From Candidatus Bathyarchaeota archaeon (GTDB taxonomy: Archaea; Thermoproteota; Bathyarchaeia; 40CM-2-53-6): a stretch of DNA of 64,000 nt. Within the stretch, counting starts at the first letter, position 1; each line of letters begins with the position of its first letter. The stretch is taken from NCBI GenBank assembly GCA_963726255.1, contig CAVSBL010000002.1:2208001-2272000 (forward strand), read 5' to 3'. A program made the position numbers and the translations under genes. Below the pieces are notes generated by a model. It was not told the DNA's origin, searched no databases, and saw only the letters and a program-made list of their open reading frames with translations. Shown here one piece after another: positions 1-10,122 of this stretch.

Positions 1-8
1 CTGATACT

Positions 9-1490
9 CTAGGCCGTGTATTTTTCTTCGAGGTAATTGACTAGCCACTGTGGGTTGTATTCTTCGCCGAACAGCCGTTTCTGGAGTTCCTTGGGAGAAT
101 ATGTGGCTCCATAACTGTGTATTTTCTCCTTCAGCCAGGCCTTGATCCGTCCCATCTCACCTCTTCTAACTATGTCTTTTGTGTTCATGTCCTTTTTGAT
201 TCTGTGGAAGACCATTCCCGCTATGACGTTGCCGAGCGAATAGGTCGGGAAATAACCAAACCCTCCCCCACTCCAATGTACGTCCTGGAGAACGCCATGA
301 GCATCATCCTCAGGTCTGATGCCTACGTATTTCTGCATCAGATCATTCCACAGCGCGGGTGCATCGGAAACTTCTATCTCCCCCTCTATGAGCTTCTTCT
401 CCAATTCATATCGCACCACTATGTGGAAATTGTATGTCAGCTCATCAGCGTCGACCCTGATGGGACTTGGTTTCACTGAATTGAAGTACCTGTAGACCTC
501 GTCTTCGCTGTAGCCTGAGACGAATGGCAGGTTCGCTTTCAATGTTGGGTAAGCAAGTTCTGTGAACTCTCTGCTTCGCCCGATGAAATTTTCCCAAAAC
601 CTCGATTGGGACTCATGGACCGCCGTGGAACTAGCCTTAGGGAGGGGCGTGTATTCTAGGGATTTGTCAACCTGTAACTCATAGATCGCGTGACCTGATT
701 CATGGATTGTGGAGTACAGAGATTCTTTGAAGTCCTGTCCTTCGTACCTTGTTGTAATTCTCACATCTTCAATTGACATGCTCGTGGTGAACGGGTGGGT
801 CGAGACATCCATTCTGAAGGTGCTCTCAGGCATCCCTAACAGTTTCAGAACCTCTACGTTCACACGCCTCATGGCAGATTCGTCATAGGTCACTGATTCC
901 AAAGGGTGTTTGTTCGGAAACTTACCTTCGGAGAGAACCTTGTTGAGAATCCTCTTGAGGTTAAGTACGAGTGGTGAGAAGACGCGGTCTACGTCGTTAG
1001 TTGTAAGTTCCTCTTCGAATAGGTCCAAGAGGGCATTGTACGGGTGTCCTTTGTAACCGAGCTTTTCTGCTTCCTGTTTCTTCAGGTCGACGGTCTTCTC
1101 TAAGTAACCTTTGAACATTGGAAAGTCGGATTTTCTCCGCGCCTCCCTCCAAACGACCGTAGCCTCGGTGGAGGTTCTTCGCAAGTCCTCTAAGAGTTTC
1201 GGCGGAACTTTCATGTAGTAATTCAATTCGCGTTTAACGACTCTCAGTATTCCCTTTTCAAAATCGTTCAGGTCCCCAAGTTTTTCCGCCTTGGAGACGA
1301 GGCTGGCTAGCTCGAGCACACGTTGTTGCTTGATGAGCGCCATCTGAGCCTGCGCGAATCCTCTTGGCTTCGATGCTCCGATGGGCATGTAGGTTTCCAT
1401 GTCCCATTCGAGGAGCGACGCAACATGGTCCAGCGCCCAGATGGGTTTGTACCTTTCAACGATCTCCGTTAGGACAGGGTTCTTTGACAT
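9..1490 (-). CDS. M32 family carboxypeptidase (Taq-type)
   Basis: 493 aa; HPF, DVRITTRY, HESGH (HExxH), HESQ, IRVDAD and QDVHW motifs. Confidence 0.95.
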   Translation of the reverse strand: MSKNPVLTEIVERYKPIWALDHVASLLEWDMETYMPIGASKPRGFAQAQMALIKQQRVLELASLVSKAEKLGDLNDFEKGILRVVKRELNYYMKVPPKLLEDLRRTSTEATVVWREARRKSDFPMFKGYLEKTVDLKKQEAEKLGYKGHPYNALLDLFEEELTTNDVDRVFSPLVLNLKRILNKVLSEGKFPNKHPLESVTYDESAMRRVNVEVLKLLGMPESTFRMDVSTHPFTTSMSIEDVRITTRYEGQDFKESLYSTIHESGHAIYELQVDKSLEYTPLPKASSTAVHESQSRFWENFIGRSREFTELAYPTLKANLPFVSGYSEDEVYRYFNSVKPSPIRVDADELTYNFHIVVRYELEKKLIEGEIEVSDAPALWNDLMQKYVGIRPEDDAHGVLQDVHWSGGGFGYFPTYSLGNVIAGMVFHRIKKDMNTKDIVRRGEMGRIKAWLKEKIHSYGATYSPKELQKRLFGEEYNPQWLVNYLEEKYTA

Positions 1491-1581
1491 GGAAACGAAC
1501 GCACTACCCTTTCAGTATTTAATTGTAGTGAGAAGGGGACTCTACATCTGTGTCTTATCATAAAGAGACGGATTATCCAAT

Positions 1582-1896
1582 TCAGTGTCTGTGGGACCCT
1601 GTGGTTACCAATTCATGTTTTTCTTCGTGACTAAGGGCTTTTATTTGCTGTTCTCTCCTAGTCGCAGCTTTACGTGTTACGAACTCTTCCACGTAGACAA
1701 CTCTGATCGGTCTGTGCATTCGGGTATATCGTGCGCCTTGTCCTCTCTTGTGTCTTTCAAATCTTGATGCGACGTCGTTCGTGTAACCTGTGTAGTAGCT
1801 TCCGTCATCGCAAAGAAGCAGATATACATAGTGAGTTTTCCGTTCCTGAGTTTTCTTGTTCTCGGTCTTCTCGGGCGTTTTCCTTTTCCCTCTCAT
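1582..1896 (-). CDS. GIY-YIG nuclease family protein (YhbQ/UPF0213-like)
   Basis: YVYLLLCDDGSYYTGYT...RFERH...GARYT; start moved to ATG 1896, exact start uncertain. Confidence 0.88.
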   Translation of the reverse strand: MRGKRKTPEKTENKKTQERKTHYVYLLLCDDGSYYTGYTNDVASRFERHKRGQGARYTRMHRPIRVVYVEEFVTRKAATRREQQIKALSHEEKHELVTTGSHRH

Positions 1897-1991
1897 TTCT
1901 CTGTCATTCGGTTCCTTACCTCGGCCACCTTCAGTGGGATTGCCTTTAATGCAATCGTTGGGTTTGGTTATGAAGGACACGATCTGGCGGA

Positions 1992-3014
1992 ATGGAAGAG
2001 TTGGGCATGCGGAAGAAGATTTCTAAACTTACGGTATCGGTTCTTCCCGATTTCTATTTTGACAGGATAGTTCTGGTCCCTTCTGTTCGCAGTCTGTTCC
2101 GGCAGATTGAGTTGAAGGCGTCGTCAGGAGGGGGCAACCTACGTGGTTTAGCTCAAAGAGAGGTCAAGGGAGGTAACGCGACAAACCTTGCGTATGCGTT
2201 AGCATCCCTCTCCGCAAGAACAAAGCTGTACTGTGTTGGGGATTCGCTTACACGGGCTGCACTTTCAAGGCCTCCAGCAGGTTGCAAGGTGAGGATAATG
2301 GACGGCCGGCCAGGCTATACGATTGCCCTTGAATTTCCCTTCAGAGGAAAACCTGTTAACGTCATGTTGAGCGATGTCGGTGACATTTCGCGTTTCGACG
2401 GCAAGCAATTCGCCCGACACGACCTCATGGCCTTGAAGAAATCTGATTGCGTCGCTCTCGTGAACTGGTCTTCCAATTTGAAAGGAAACGAGCTCGCGCG
2501 GAGAGTCTTTGGTCTGAGGGGTCGGGAACGCAGGTTGAATTTCATTGACCTCGCAGATGTGACCAGCGCAGAAAGGAGGCTCAAGGTTCTTGCCAGGGAC
2601 GTTATCGGTCGAGGATTAATTGACGTGCTGAGCCTAAATGAGAACGAGGCAAGAATTATGGCGAAAACGCTCTCAGTCGGCAGACTGCGGCGTTCATATG
2701 ATCGTCATGACGTAGTGAGGGTTTCACGATCACTTCACAATGCCCTCCAGATTAACGTAGATGTTCATACTCCAATCGGGTGCGCCTCTTCAACTAACGA
2801 AGGGGCAGCATGGGTAGACTCATTTGGTAGAGTAACCGGTTTTGTTACTGGGGCGGGCGACATTTGGGATGCGGGAGATATCATCGGGCACCTTCTTCGT
2901 TTCAAAATCGTGGATAGACTTCGTTTCGCCAACGCCTGCGCCTATCTTTACCTAACCAACAAGAACGCCAAACTTCCAAGCCTCCGTGAAGCCGCAAGCC
3001 TCGCGGGCCTCTAA
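1992..3014 (+). CDS. PfkB/ribokinase-family carbohydrate kinase
   Basis: GGNATN N-terminal motif and TGAGD motif. Confidence 0.85.
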   Translation: MEELGMRKKISKLTVSVLPDFYFDRIVLVPSVRSLFRQIELKASSGGGNLRGLAQREVKGGNATNLAYALASLSARTKLYCVGDSLTRAALSRPPAGCKVRIMDGRPGYTIALEFPFRGKPVNVMLSDVGDISRFDGKQFARHDLMALKKSDCVALVNWSSNLKGNELARRVFGLRGRERRLNFIDLADVTSAERRLKVLARDVIGRGLIDVLSLNENEARIMAKTLSVGRLRRSYDRHDVVRVSRSLHNALQINVDVHTPIGCASSTNEGAAWVDSFGRVTGFVTGAGDIWDAGDIIGHLLRFKIVDRLRFANACAYLYLTNKNAKLPSLREAASLAGL

Positions 3015-3053
3015 TTCTTTAATCTCCGAGCATCGCAGAGACGTAAGATACTC

Positions 3054-3683
3054 ATGCCGTTTGTTAACATCAACGAACCGCGAACCTTTCAGTTAGGCAC
3101 GAGACATCTCTCTAAGGCTGATCCAAAGATTCGGCAACTCGTCAAAACGCATGGACCAATTGAATTCGACGCTGGGGGAGATCCATTCGAGTCCTTGGTT
3201 GAAGCCATAATTTCTCAGCAACTGAGCGGCCAATCCGCTCGGGCTATCTTCGACAGACTGAAGGCTGCGATGGGATGCGAAGTAATCGAGGCGCAAGCCC
3301 TCACGAGGATGCACGGATCAAGACTGCGGAAAGCAGGTGTTTCTCCCCAGAAGATCCGCTATCTCAGAGACTTGAGCTCGCGGGTCGCCAATGGTCAATT
3401 GGACCTCAACGGTCTCAAGGAAATGGATGATCGTGAAGTAGTTCGTGTACTTGACGAAGTCAAAGGCATTGGGCCCTGGACGGCGCATATGTTTCTGCTT
3501 TTCACACTAGGGCGGCCAGACGTTCTGCCCGTCGACGATCTTGGCATTCAGATAGCCGTTAAGAGGCTCTACTCCTTGCGCAAGCTTCCTAGCGCGAAGA
3601 AGATTGAGGAGATTGCGAGCAAATGGCATCCATACTGTTCCGTTGCGTCATTGTATCTTTGGCATGCGAAAAACGTTCGGTAA
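3054..3683 (+). CDS. alkA: DNA-3-methyladenine glycosylase (AlkA/HhH-GPD)
   Basis: IISQQLS, VKGIGPWTA helix-hairpin-helix, LPVDDLG. Confidence 0.9.
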   Translation: MPFVNINEPRTFQLGTRHLSKADPKIRQLVKTHGPIEFDAGGDPFESLVEAIISQQLSGQSARAIFDRLKAAMGCEVIEAQALTRMHGSRLRKAGVSPQKIRYLRDLSSRVANGQLDLNGLKEMDDREVVRVLDEVKGIGPWTAHMFLLFTLGRPDVLPVDDLGIQIAVKRLYSLRKLPSAKKIEEIASKWHPYCSVASLYLWHAKNVR

Positions 3684-3813
3684 CAGTAGACACATGTCTA
3701 CACGAAACTCTTTGGTATTGGGACTCGATCTGCGAAATGCTACGGCATAAACGGAAAGGATAATTGTCGACGCACCTTTGTGAGTCGATGTCGGTAGTGA
3801 GCGTGGGATCTGA

Positions 3814-3978
3814 ATGAGCATGGAGGTTTGTTCGTGCGGCAGCGGCAAGCGGCCTACTGGATATTGTGAGGAATGTAGAATGAAGTACTGTAGCGAATGT
3901 AAATTCACGCACCTTTACACCCCTCTGGCTATGAGCACCGCCGATTCCTTGTACGCAAGCATAGCCAAGAAAAATTAA
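3814..3978 (+). CDS. Small B-box-like zinc-finger protein (54 aa, absent from the ORF track)
   Basis: Hand translation MSMEVCSCGSGKRPTGYCEECRMKYCSECKFTHLYTPLAMSTADSLYASIAKKN; pattern CxC-x9-CxxC-x4-CxxC-x3-H. Confidence 0.7.
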   Translation: MSMEVCSCGSGKRPTGYCEECRMKYCSECKFTHLYTPLAMSTADSLYASIAKKN

Positions 3979-4001
3979 CTCTGTCCTTTAAGAGCGGAAT
4001 C

Positions 4002-4382
4002 ATGTTGCTTGTCGAAAATCAAAAGCCACGCCTAGTCTACGACGGAATCTGCAACCTGTGTACGGGCGCTGTTCGTTTTCTTCACGCACTCCGGGGAGAG
4101 CAAGTAATTCAGTATATCCCATTCCAAAATCTTAGTTCGGAGGTGCGGCGAGCGTACGCTTTGACGGATGAAGCTCTTCAAGGTCGCATGTACCTCATCA
4201 GGCGAGACGGCTCACTCGCAAGCGGCCCCTTTGCGATAGTGGAGGTGTGCAAGCTCCTGACCCCGTTCAGCTTCATTTGCAACCTGTTCGGAACCCCGTT
4301 CGCCCAAAAACTGTACGACTGGGTAGCTCAACGTCGCTACAGAATCTTTGGCTGCCGCGAAGCGTGTTACGTAGTCAAATGA
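4002..4382 (+). CDS. DCC-family thiol-disulfide oxidoreductase (DUF393)
   Basis: YDGICNLC and YDWVAQRRYRIFG motifs. Confidence 0.9.
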   Translation: MLLVENQKPRLVYDGICNLCTGAVRFLHALRGEQVIQYIPFQNLSSEVRRAYALTDEALQGRMYLIRRDGSLASGPFAIVEVCKLLTPFSFICNLFGTPFAQKLYDWVAQRRYRIFGCREACYVVK

Positions 4383-4402
4383 CTGAATCGATCGGGGAGG
4401 CC

Positions 4403-5269
4403 TCACGAAGCCTTCAATACTAATTCAATCTCGTCCGGGTCTGAGATGAAGAGTTGCCCATCTCCATCATTGTGAGCGATGGGGCTGTCGGCCAACATGG
4501 ATGACAATTCCTTGAGATTCTCACGCGGCACTGTGATGCTTACGTGTTCGAGGCCTACCCAGTTCTTCTCGAGGGGTTTGCCACCCAGGCTTTCCCATGT
4601 GTTCATTCCGATATGGTGGTGGTACCGTCCCACAGAGAGGAAGGCAGCGTTTCCATAGTACCTCATCACATCCATGCCTAGCACGCTTCGGTAGAAGGCC
4701 ATTGACCTTTGCAAGTCGGTGACCTTTAGGTGAACGTGGCCTACCCTCGTTCCTTCAGCGATTGCTTTCAATTCGTCCCTTGGTGCCTTGGCCACCTCCG
4801 TTAGCAAAGAATCAATGTCAAGTGGCTGGGTCGCCATCTCAACTTGCTCATCCTCATCAAATTTCCATTCACTTCGCCCCCTGTCGGTATAGATCTCTAC
4901 CCCATTCCCTTCAGGGTCCGTAAGGTAGAGGGCCTCGCTAACTAGGTGATCAGCAAACCCGTCAAAAGTGATCCCCGCATTTCCAATCACGAGGTAGGCA
5001 GCAGCGAGGCTTCTTCTGTCCGGAACCAGCAGCGCATAATGGTAGAGCCCCGCAGCATCAACGGGTGCCTTTGCCCCATTTGGAGCATACCTCAAGACCA
5101 AAATCGGCTCTGCTGACCCGCTAGCGCCAAGCTCCACAATGCCTCGATCTCTGCGCAGGACTACGAGCCCTAAGTCCTTCTCATAGAAGGACAACATCAA
5201 ACCTAAGTCCTTCACTCTGAGGGAAACAGGCCCCAGCCTCATTTCGGAATCAAGTTTGAACTGAGGCAA
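4403..5269 (-). CDS. Two-domain VOC-family protein, CatE-like catechol 2,3-dioxygenase homolog
   Basis: GLYHYALL, DHLVSEALYLTDPEGNGVEIY, GHVHL, YHHHIGMNTW. Confidence 0.88.
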   Translation of the reverse strand: MPQFKLDSEMRLGPVSLRVKDLGLMLSFYEKDLGLVVLRRDRGIVELGASGSAEPILVLRYAPNGAKAPVDAAGLYHYALLVPDRRSLAAAYLVIGNAGITFDGFADHLVSEALYLTDPEGNGVEIYTDRGRSEWKFDEDEQVEMATQPLDIDSLLTEVAKAPRDELKAIAEGTRVGHVHLKVTDLQRSMAFYRSVLGMDVMRYYGNAAFLSVGRYHHHIGMNTWESLGGKPLEKNWVGLEHVSITVPRENLKELSSMLADSPIAHNDGDGQLFISDPDEIELVLKAS

Positions 5270-5368
5270 GCAGATTCTCCTCTGCCTGCTGGACTATGCG
5301 CTTTGAATGATTTAAGCCAAGGCGGGCCGCATAGGTTGAAGTGGAGAAGGAAATTGAAGGCTTCGAAG

Positions 5369-6424
5369 TCAGTTGTTTTGTACGGCCTTCCTCGCACGCT
5401 TCGCTTGAGCCATGTTCACAACTTTCTGGTAGCCTTTGTCTTCCTGTTTTAATTCGCGCAGCTCCACGTACCCCGCCTTTTCAGCCTGCTTTAGTAGGTC
5501 TAGGCCTTTCTCTGTTCGTGCGATTACAGTTGAATAGCCAGTCGGGCATCCTACGCCGCCCACTGAGACGTCGGCGTATTCGGCGGTGAAGTCTTCGCAT
5601 TGCTTGCAGCTCTGTCGCACGAACGCGTCAATTTCACGAAGCGGTACGTGCAGGAGTTCCTTGTCGCCGGCCTTGGCGATGAAGGATCCCTTCTTAATTT
5701 CCACGCGTGTGATGGTGGAAGAGTCAATGCCTTTGCTGGCCATGTAGGTCTCTACGAGTTTATCGTAACCGTAAGCCTCCATGCAGAACAGGCCGATCGT
5801 CAGATCCATCGCTTGAGCTAAACGACGGTTGCCTAACGGGGATGTTTGAATTCTTCTAACCGCCTTCATCTGGCACGGTGTCCCGACCAATCCCACCCTT
5901 GTTTTAGCGTACTCCTCAACTGCTGAACGAACACCAAGAAGCGTTGGGCTTGGCGTGTACTTCGTTCCAGCGTTTTTCATGATTTCCTCACTCTTCGTCG
6001 CTACCAGAGGCTTAGCTCTCCATTTCGAATCTCTTCCGGCAACGACAGCCGCATCAATCAACTTCTTGTCAAGGGCGTAGCTAAGGAGAGCTGTAACTAC
6101 ACCGCCGTCCTGTGCTACTCCTTGAGTAGCTTTGTTCAGTGCGCGTCCAACGAATGTTCCTCGGGATATTCCAAGGGGTTCGTCGGGGCGTCTTGTTCGG
6201 CCGTGCAGGAAGACTTCAACGTCATCCTTCGGAAATTCGACTGTGGGGCACTGGTAGTAGCAGATTTCACACAGAGCACACGAGCCTATCAGGGTGGGTT
6301 GTTCCCCAACTGGCCAAAGAACGCCGACAGGGCAGGCGGCCATGCAGGCCCCGCAAAAAGAGCATAAGTTCGGCCGGACCACTTGCGTTATCAGATTCCC
6401 GAACAGCCGTGGCTTCTCAAGCAT
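5369..6424 (-). CDS. F420 hydrogenase/dehydrogenase beta-subunit family (FrhB-like) with N-terminal 2x[4Fe-4S] domain
   Basis: CSFCGACMAACP, CALCEICYYQCP, QDGGVVT, GTKY, GTPCQ, IGLFC, ADVSVG; start placed at ATG 6424. Confidence 0.9.
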   Translation of the reverse strand: MLEKPRLFGNLITQVVRPNLCSFCGACMAACPVGVLWPVGEQPTLIGSCALCEICYYQCPTVEFPKDDVEVFLHGRTRRPDEPLGISRGTFVGRALNKATQGVAQDGGVVTALLSYALDKKLIDAAVVAGRDSKWRAKPLVATKSEEIMKNAGTKYTPSPTLLGVRSAVEEYAKTRVGLVGTPCQMKAVRRIQTSPLGNRRLAQAMDLTIGLFCMEAYGYDKLVETYMASKGIDSSTITRVEIKKGSFIAKAGDKELLHVPLREIDAFVRQSCKQCEDFTAEYADVSVGGVGCPTGYSTVIARTEKGLDLLKQAEKAGYVELRELKQEDKGYQKVVNMAQAKRARKAVQNN

Positions 6425-6593
6425 TCCCAATGCACCCTTGACTATGTCTTTTCGTCGCGGCCGAACGGCCGGGATTGAGGAATAGGCTTTTGGTTGTTTT
6501 CCATCGTTGACATACAGACGGCCCAAGCCAATTAATACCAGGCAAAGTTGACCGTTCGCAGGGTGAATTCTCCTGTTCGATCGGCCCGGCCAA

Positions 6594-7859
6594 ATGCTCA
6601 AAACAAAACAGCTCAAGCGCATGCAGGAAATCAAGCTGCGTAAGATCGTTCGATACGCCTACAGGAATGTTCCGTTCTATCGGAAACGTTTCGACGACGC
6701 CGGTACAAAGCCAGAATCTATCAGGAGCCTTGAGGATCTTTCGAAGATACCGTTTACAATCAAGACGGATCTCAGGGATAACTATCCGCTTGGCATTCTA
6801 GCGGTTCCCCCAAATCGGCTCTACTGCCTCCACGCATCCTCTGGCACGACTGGAAAGCCAATAGTCGTTGCGTATACTCGTAGAGACTTGGAACGTTGGA
6901 GCAAACTCATGGGCAGAACCCTAGACATTACTGGTGCAAAGAAGGGCGATATCATCCAGAACATGTACGGTTACGGCCTTTTCACGGGTGGGTTGGGGTT
7001 CCACTATGGAGCCCGAGCAATCGGGGCAACAATCTTGCCCACGAGTGTAGGAAACACGAAACGTCAACTCATGCTCATGAAGGACCTTCGCAGCACAATC
7101 GTCACCAGCACTCCGTCCTACATGGTGTACCTGGTCGAAGCGAGCCGGGCAGAAGGCTACGACCCGAGAACCGATTTCGCCCTGAGAATCGGAATCTTCG
7201 GCGCGGAACCGTGGAGTGAAGAGTCACGTAAGCGGATACAAGACGGCTTCGGGCTTCGGGCTCACGATGTTTACGGAATGTCGGAGCTGTATGGGCCGGG
7301 GGTAGGGATTGAATGTGAACGACAAAACGGCCTTCACATTTGGGGGGATGAATTTCTCGTAGAAACAATTAACCCAGATACCGGTGAGGTTCTGGAGCCG
7401 GGAAAGGAAGGCGAACTGGTCTTCACGATGCTGTCCCGGGAAGCGATGCCCTTCCTCCGCTATAGGTCAAGGGACCTCTCAACTGTTTATGAGGAGGAGT
7501 GTGCGTGCGGCAGATGCCACAGTCGAATCGCACGCATAAAGGGGCGTAGCGACGATATGCTCATCGTCGGCGGCGTGAATGTCTTTCCGAGCCAGATTGA
7601 GCACGTTTTGATGAATATCCCTGGCCTCGGAGACCAATATCAGATAATCGTCTCGCACAAAGAATTGGACCGGTTGGCCGTTAAGGTGGAAGCACCCCCG
7701 GAAAGCTTGCGGGATCCGAATATGCCGAAACGGATTCAGGAGGACCTCTTCGCTGTCCTCTCTATCCGCGCAGATGTCGACCTAGTGGAACTAGGGACGA
7801 TTCCACGCTCAGAAGTTGGCAAAGCCCGTCGGGTAATCGATCTTCGACCCAAGGATTAA
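6594..7859 (+). CDS. paaK: Phenylacetate-CoA ligase family
   Basis: HASSGTTGKP, YGYGLFTGG, GAEPW, YGMSE, GRSDDM. Confidence 0.88.
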   Translation: MLKTKQLKRMQEIKLRKIVRYAYRNVPFYRKRFDDAGTKPESIRSLEDLSKIPFTIKTDLRDNYPLGILAVPPNRLYCLHASSGTTGKPIVVAYTRRDLERWSKLMGRTLDITGAKKGDIIQNMYGYGLFTGGLGFHYGARAIGATILPTSVGNTKRQLMLMKDLRSTIVTSTPSYMVYLVEASRAEGYDPRTDFALRIGIFGAEPWSEESRKRIQDGFGLRAHDVYGMSELYGPGVGIECERQNGLHIWGDEFLVETINPDTGEVLEPGKEGELVFTMLSREAMPFLRYRSRDLSTVYEEECACGRCHSRIARIKGRSDDMLIVGGVNVFPSQIEHVLMNIPGLGDQYQIIVSHKELDRLAVKVEAPPESLRDPNMPKRIQEDLFAVLSIRADVDLVELGTIPRSEVGKARRVIDLRPKD

Positions 7860-7923
7860 CCTTACACCGCAAAGGCCGCAGAAACGATGTCTAGCATATG
7901 TTGTACACCCGGAGGAGCGCAAT

Positions 7924-8763
7924 TCAACTGTTTCGCCGGAAGCTCGCGCATATCATCCCGAAGTAGGTAGGGACATCGTAGGAGATCAGCTCAGCGTTCA
8001 TTTTAAGCCCGTCAACGACACCCGCGAGCATAGTCATCTGCCATAAGCTGTCTGGTCTCGCAGCGTCTACAAACTTCGGCTTAATCCTCATGATCGATTC
8101 GATCTGGCCACCTTGAATAGCATGAACGACGAATTTGTCATATTCCTTTGATGTTTTATTGAAACCGTAAGGCCCGAATTTCTTGTGCCTATGCGCTTGG
8201 TCGGCACTAGCGACAAAAACAATCCTCTTCGTCTTGCGCTCACTTAACTCGCCTATCACTCTGCCGAATTGAAAGTTTTGCGAGAGTGGTATCTCGCGTG
8301 AAGGCGTCACGATAACAACTTTCGGTTTCGGCCTGCACTCTGGGATGATGAACCAAAGTGGAACTATGGTCCCCCAGTCCATCGGCATGTCGGAGGTCAA
8401 GCCTTCAGACGTTCCGTAATTTGCACCGACAACCGGCAGTCTCCTTCTCGTGGCGGCTTCCAAGAGGCTCTCCGCGAATTCCACGTCACATCTGACCCTA
8501 AGGCCCACAGATATCTTGTTGCGTGGCGAAGCCTGAAGTGTACCTGTGGAATTCTCAGCCGTAACCACAGCAATCTTCCGCCATACCTTCAGGTTATGTG
8601 GAGTGGCAATCACGATCGTGTCAGGCCTTGCCTTCCTGACTTCTTTTGCTAGCTTGCGCAGACCGTCTCTCGTTTTCTGAAACTTTCTCACGGTGGACTT
8701 ACTGGCGAGTTTCGCGATCGCCTCGCTACCGTGGGGTGCTATGCATGCGTAAACTAGAGTCAT
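7924..8763 (-). CDS. LigB-fold (class III extradiol dioxygenase/Memo-like) protein
   Basis: APHG, ATPHN, MDWGT, ASADQAH, PTYFGM. Confidence 0.75.
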   Translation of the reverse strand: MTLVYACIAPHGSEAIAKLASKSTVRKFQKTRDGLRKLAKEVRKARPDTIVIATPHNLKVWRKIAVVTAENSTGTLQASPRNKISVGLRVRCDVEFAESLLEAATRRRLPVVGANYGTSEGLTSDMPMDWGTIVPLWFIIPECRPKPKVVIVTPSREIPLSQNFQFGRVIGELSERKTKRIVFVASADQAHRHKKFGPYGFNKTSKEYDKFVVHAIQGGQIESIMRIKPKFVDAARPDSLWQMTMLAGVVDGLKMNAELISYDVPTYFGMICASFRRNS

Positions 8764-8934
8764 CTGATTTCGCTATCAAACGAAGAAGGTCTTTGTTGAA
8801 AGCATAGCGTTTTTAGCGTCCCAGGACCGATATGACTCGATAGTTGCGCCTTTCGTTGTACTCTGCTTAGGTGGCCGACGGGCTAAGCGATCGGTGGAAG
8901 TCGTAGACTGAATTGCAAAAGGAGAGAGAACATA

Positions 8935-10122
8935 CTGGACCTTCAACCACAAGTCGGGTACGTTAGCACATACCCTCCCAGAGCGTGCGGCATAGCGACT
9001 TATACTAGGGACTTGGCGCGGGCTCTACTGTTGCGGGGTCGAATTGCCCGCTACCTTATTGTTGCGATAAATGAGGAGAATGGAAACCGGTACTCGGACC
9101 CCAACGTTAGGTTCACTATTGACCAACATGAGCGCGCAGACTACTTCACCGCGGCAGATTTCCTGAATCAGAGCGACGTTGACGTGGTGAATATCCAGCA
9201 CGAGTACGGCATATTCGGAGGAGAATGGGGAGAGTATGTCCTCGACCTTTACAAGAATCTCGAGAAGCCCGTCATAACCACCTTTCATACAGTCCTTCGA
9301 AACCCGCCTGACAAAGCTCGCATAATAATGTCTGAACTCGCAGAACTGAGCGAGACTGTTATCGTAACAATTGAGTCCGCTGCGAAGCTCCTTGAGAAGC
9401 GTTTTGGTCTCAACGCTGAAAAGGTCAGAGTGGTACGTCACGGTGCAGCCCTCCCAGAGCGTGGGCACAATGAATATGCACAACGATTTCTCGGACTGCA
9501 GAAACGCACGGTACTAACAACGCACGGGTTGATCAGTTCCGGGAAAGGTATAGAGTACGCGATCAAATCACTCCCTTACCTGATTAAAGAAAGGCCTGAG
9601 CTGCTCTACATGGTGATAGGTGAAACTCACCCTGAGGTGCAAAGGCGTGAAGGTGAAGCTTACCGCGAGAAATTGACTTCGCTTACGAGACGCCTGCATC
9701 TCGAAAATCATGTTCGCTTTGTAAACCACTATCTGCGGGACGACGAACTGTCCCTGTACCTTCAAGCAACGGACATTTACGTAGCACCATACTTGGGAAA
9801 GGATCAGGTTTCCAGTGGGACGATTACTCTTGCGCTTGGGTATGGCAAGGCAATTGTTGCAACACCCTCCCTATTCTCAAAAGAGGAGCTGTCAAATAAC
9901 AGAGGGCTTTTCTGCAAGTTCGCCGACGGACGTTCTATCGCCGAATGCGTCGAACGAATATTAAGCGACGTTAAACTAAGGCGGCAACTAGAAACGAACG
10001 CATTCAACTACGGTCAAGAAATGGGTTGGACAAAGGTAGCCGATCAATATGGTGACATACTCAGATCTGCAATCGGAATTCCAAGAACTATCGATGAAAC
10101 TGCAGCAATCAGTGAAGCTTGA
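8935..10122 (+). CDS. GT4 glycosyltransferase; probable non-canonical start (CTG 8935 or ATA 8932)
   Basis: Conserved STYPPRACGIATYT is in frame upstream of the first TTG (9013); QHEYGIFGG, KGIEY, GETHP, QVSSGT. Confidence 0.88.
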   Translation: MDLQPQVGYVSTYPPRACGIATYTRDLARALLLRGRIARYLIVAINEENGNRYSDPNVRFTIDQHERADYFTAADFLNQSDVDVVNIQHEYGIFGGEWGEYVLDLYKNLEKPVITTFHTVLRNPPDKARIIMSELAELSETVIVTIESAAKLLEKRFGLNAEKVRVVRHGAALPERGHNEYAQRFLGLQKRTVLTTHGLISSGKGIEYAIKSLPYLIKERPELLYMVIGETHPEVQRREGEAYREKLTSLTRRLHLENHVRFVNHYLRDDELSLYLQATDIYVAPYLGKDQVSSGTITLALGYGKAIVATPSLFSKEELSNNRGLFCKFADGRSIAECVERILSDVKLRRQLETNAFNYGQEMGWTKVADQYGDILRSAIGIPRTIDETAAISEA

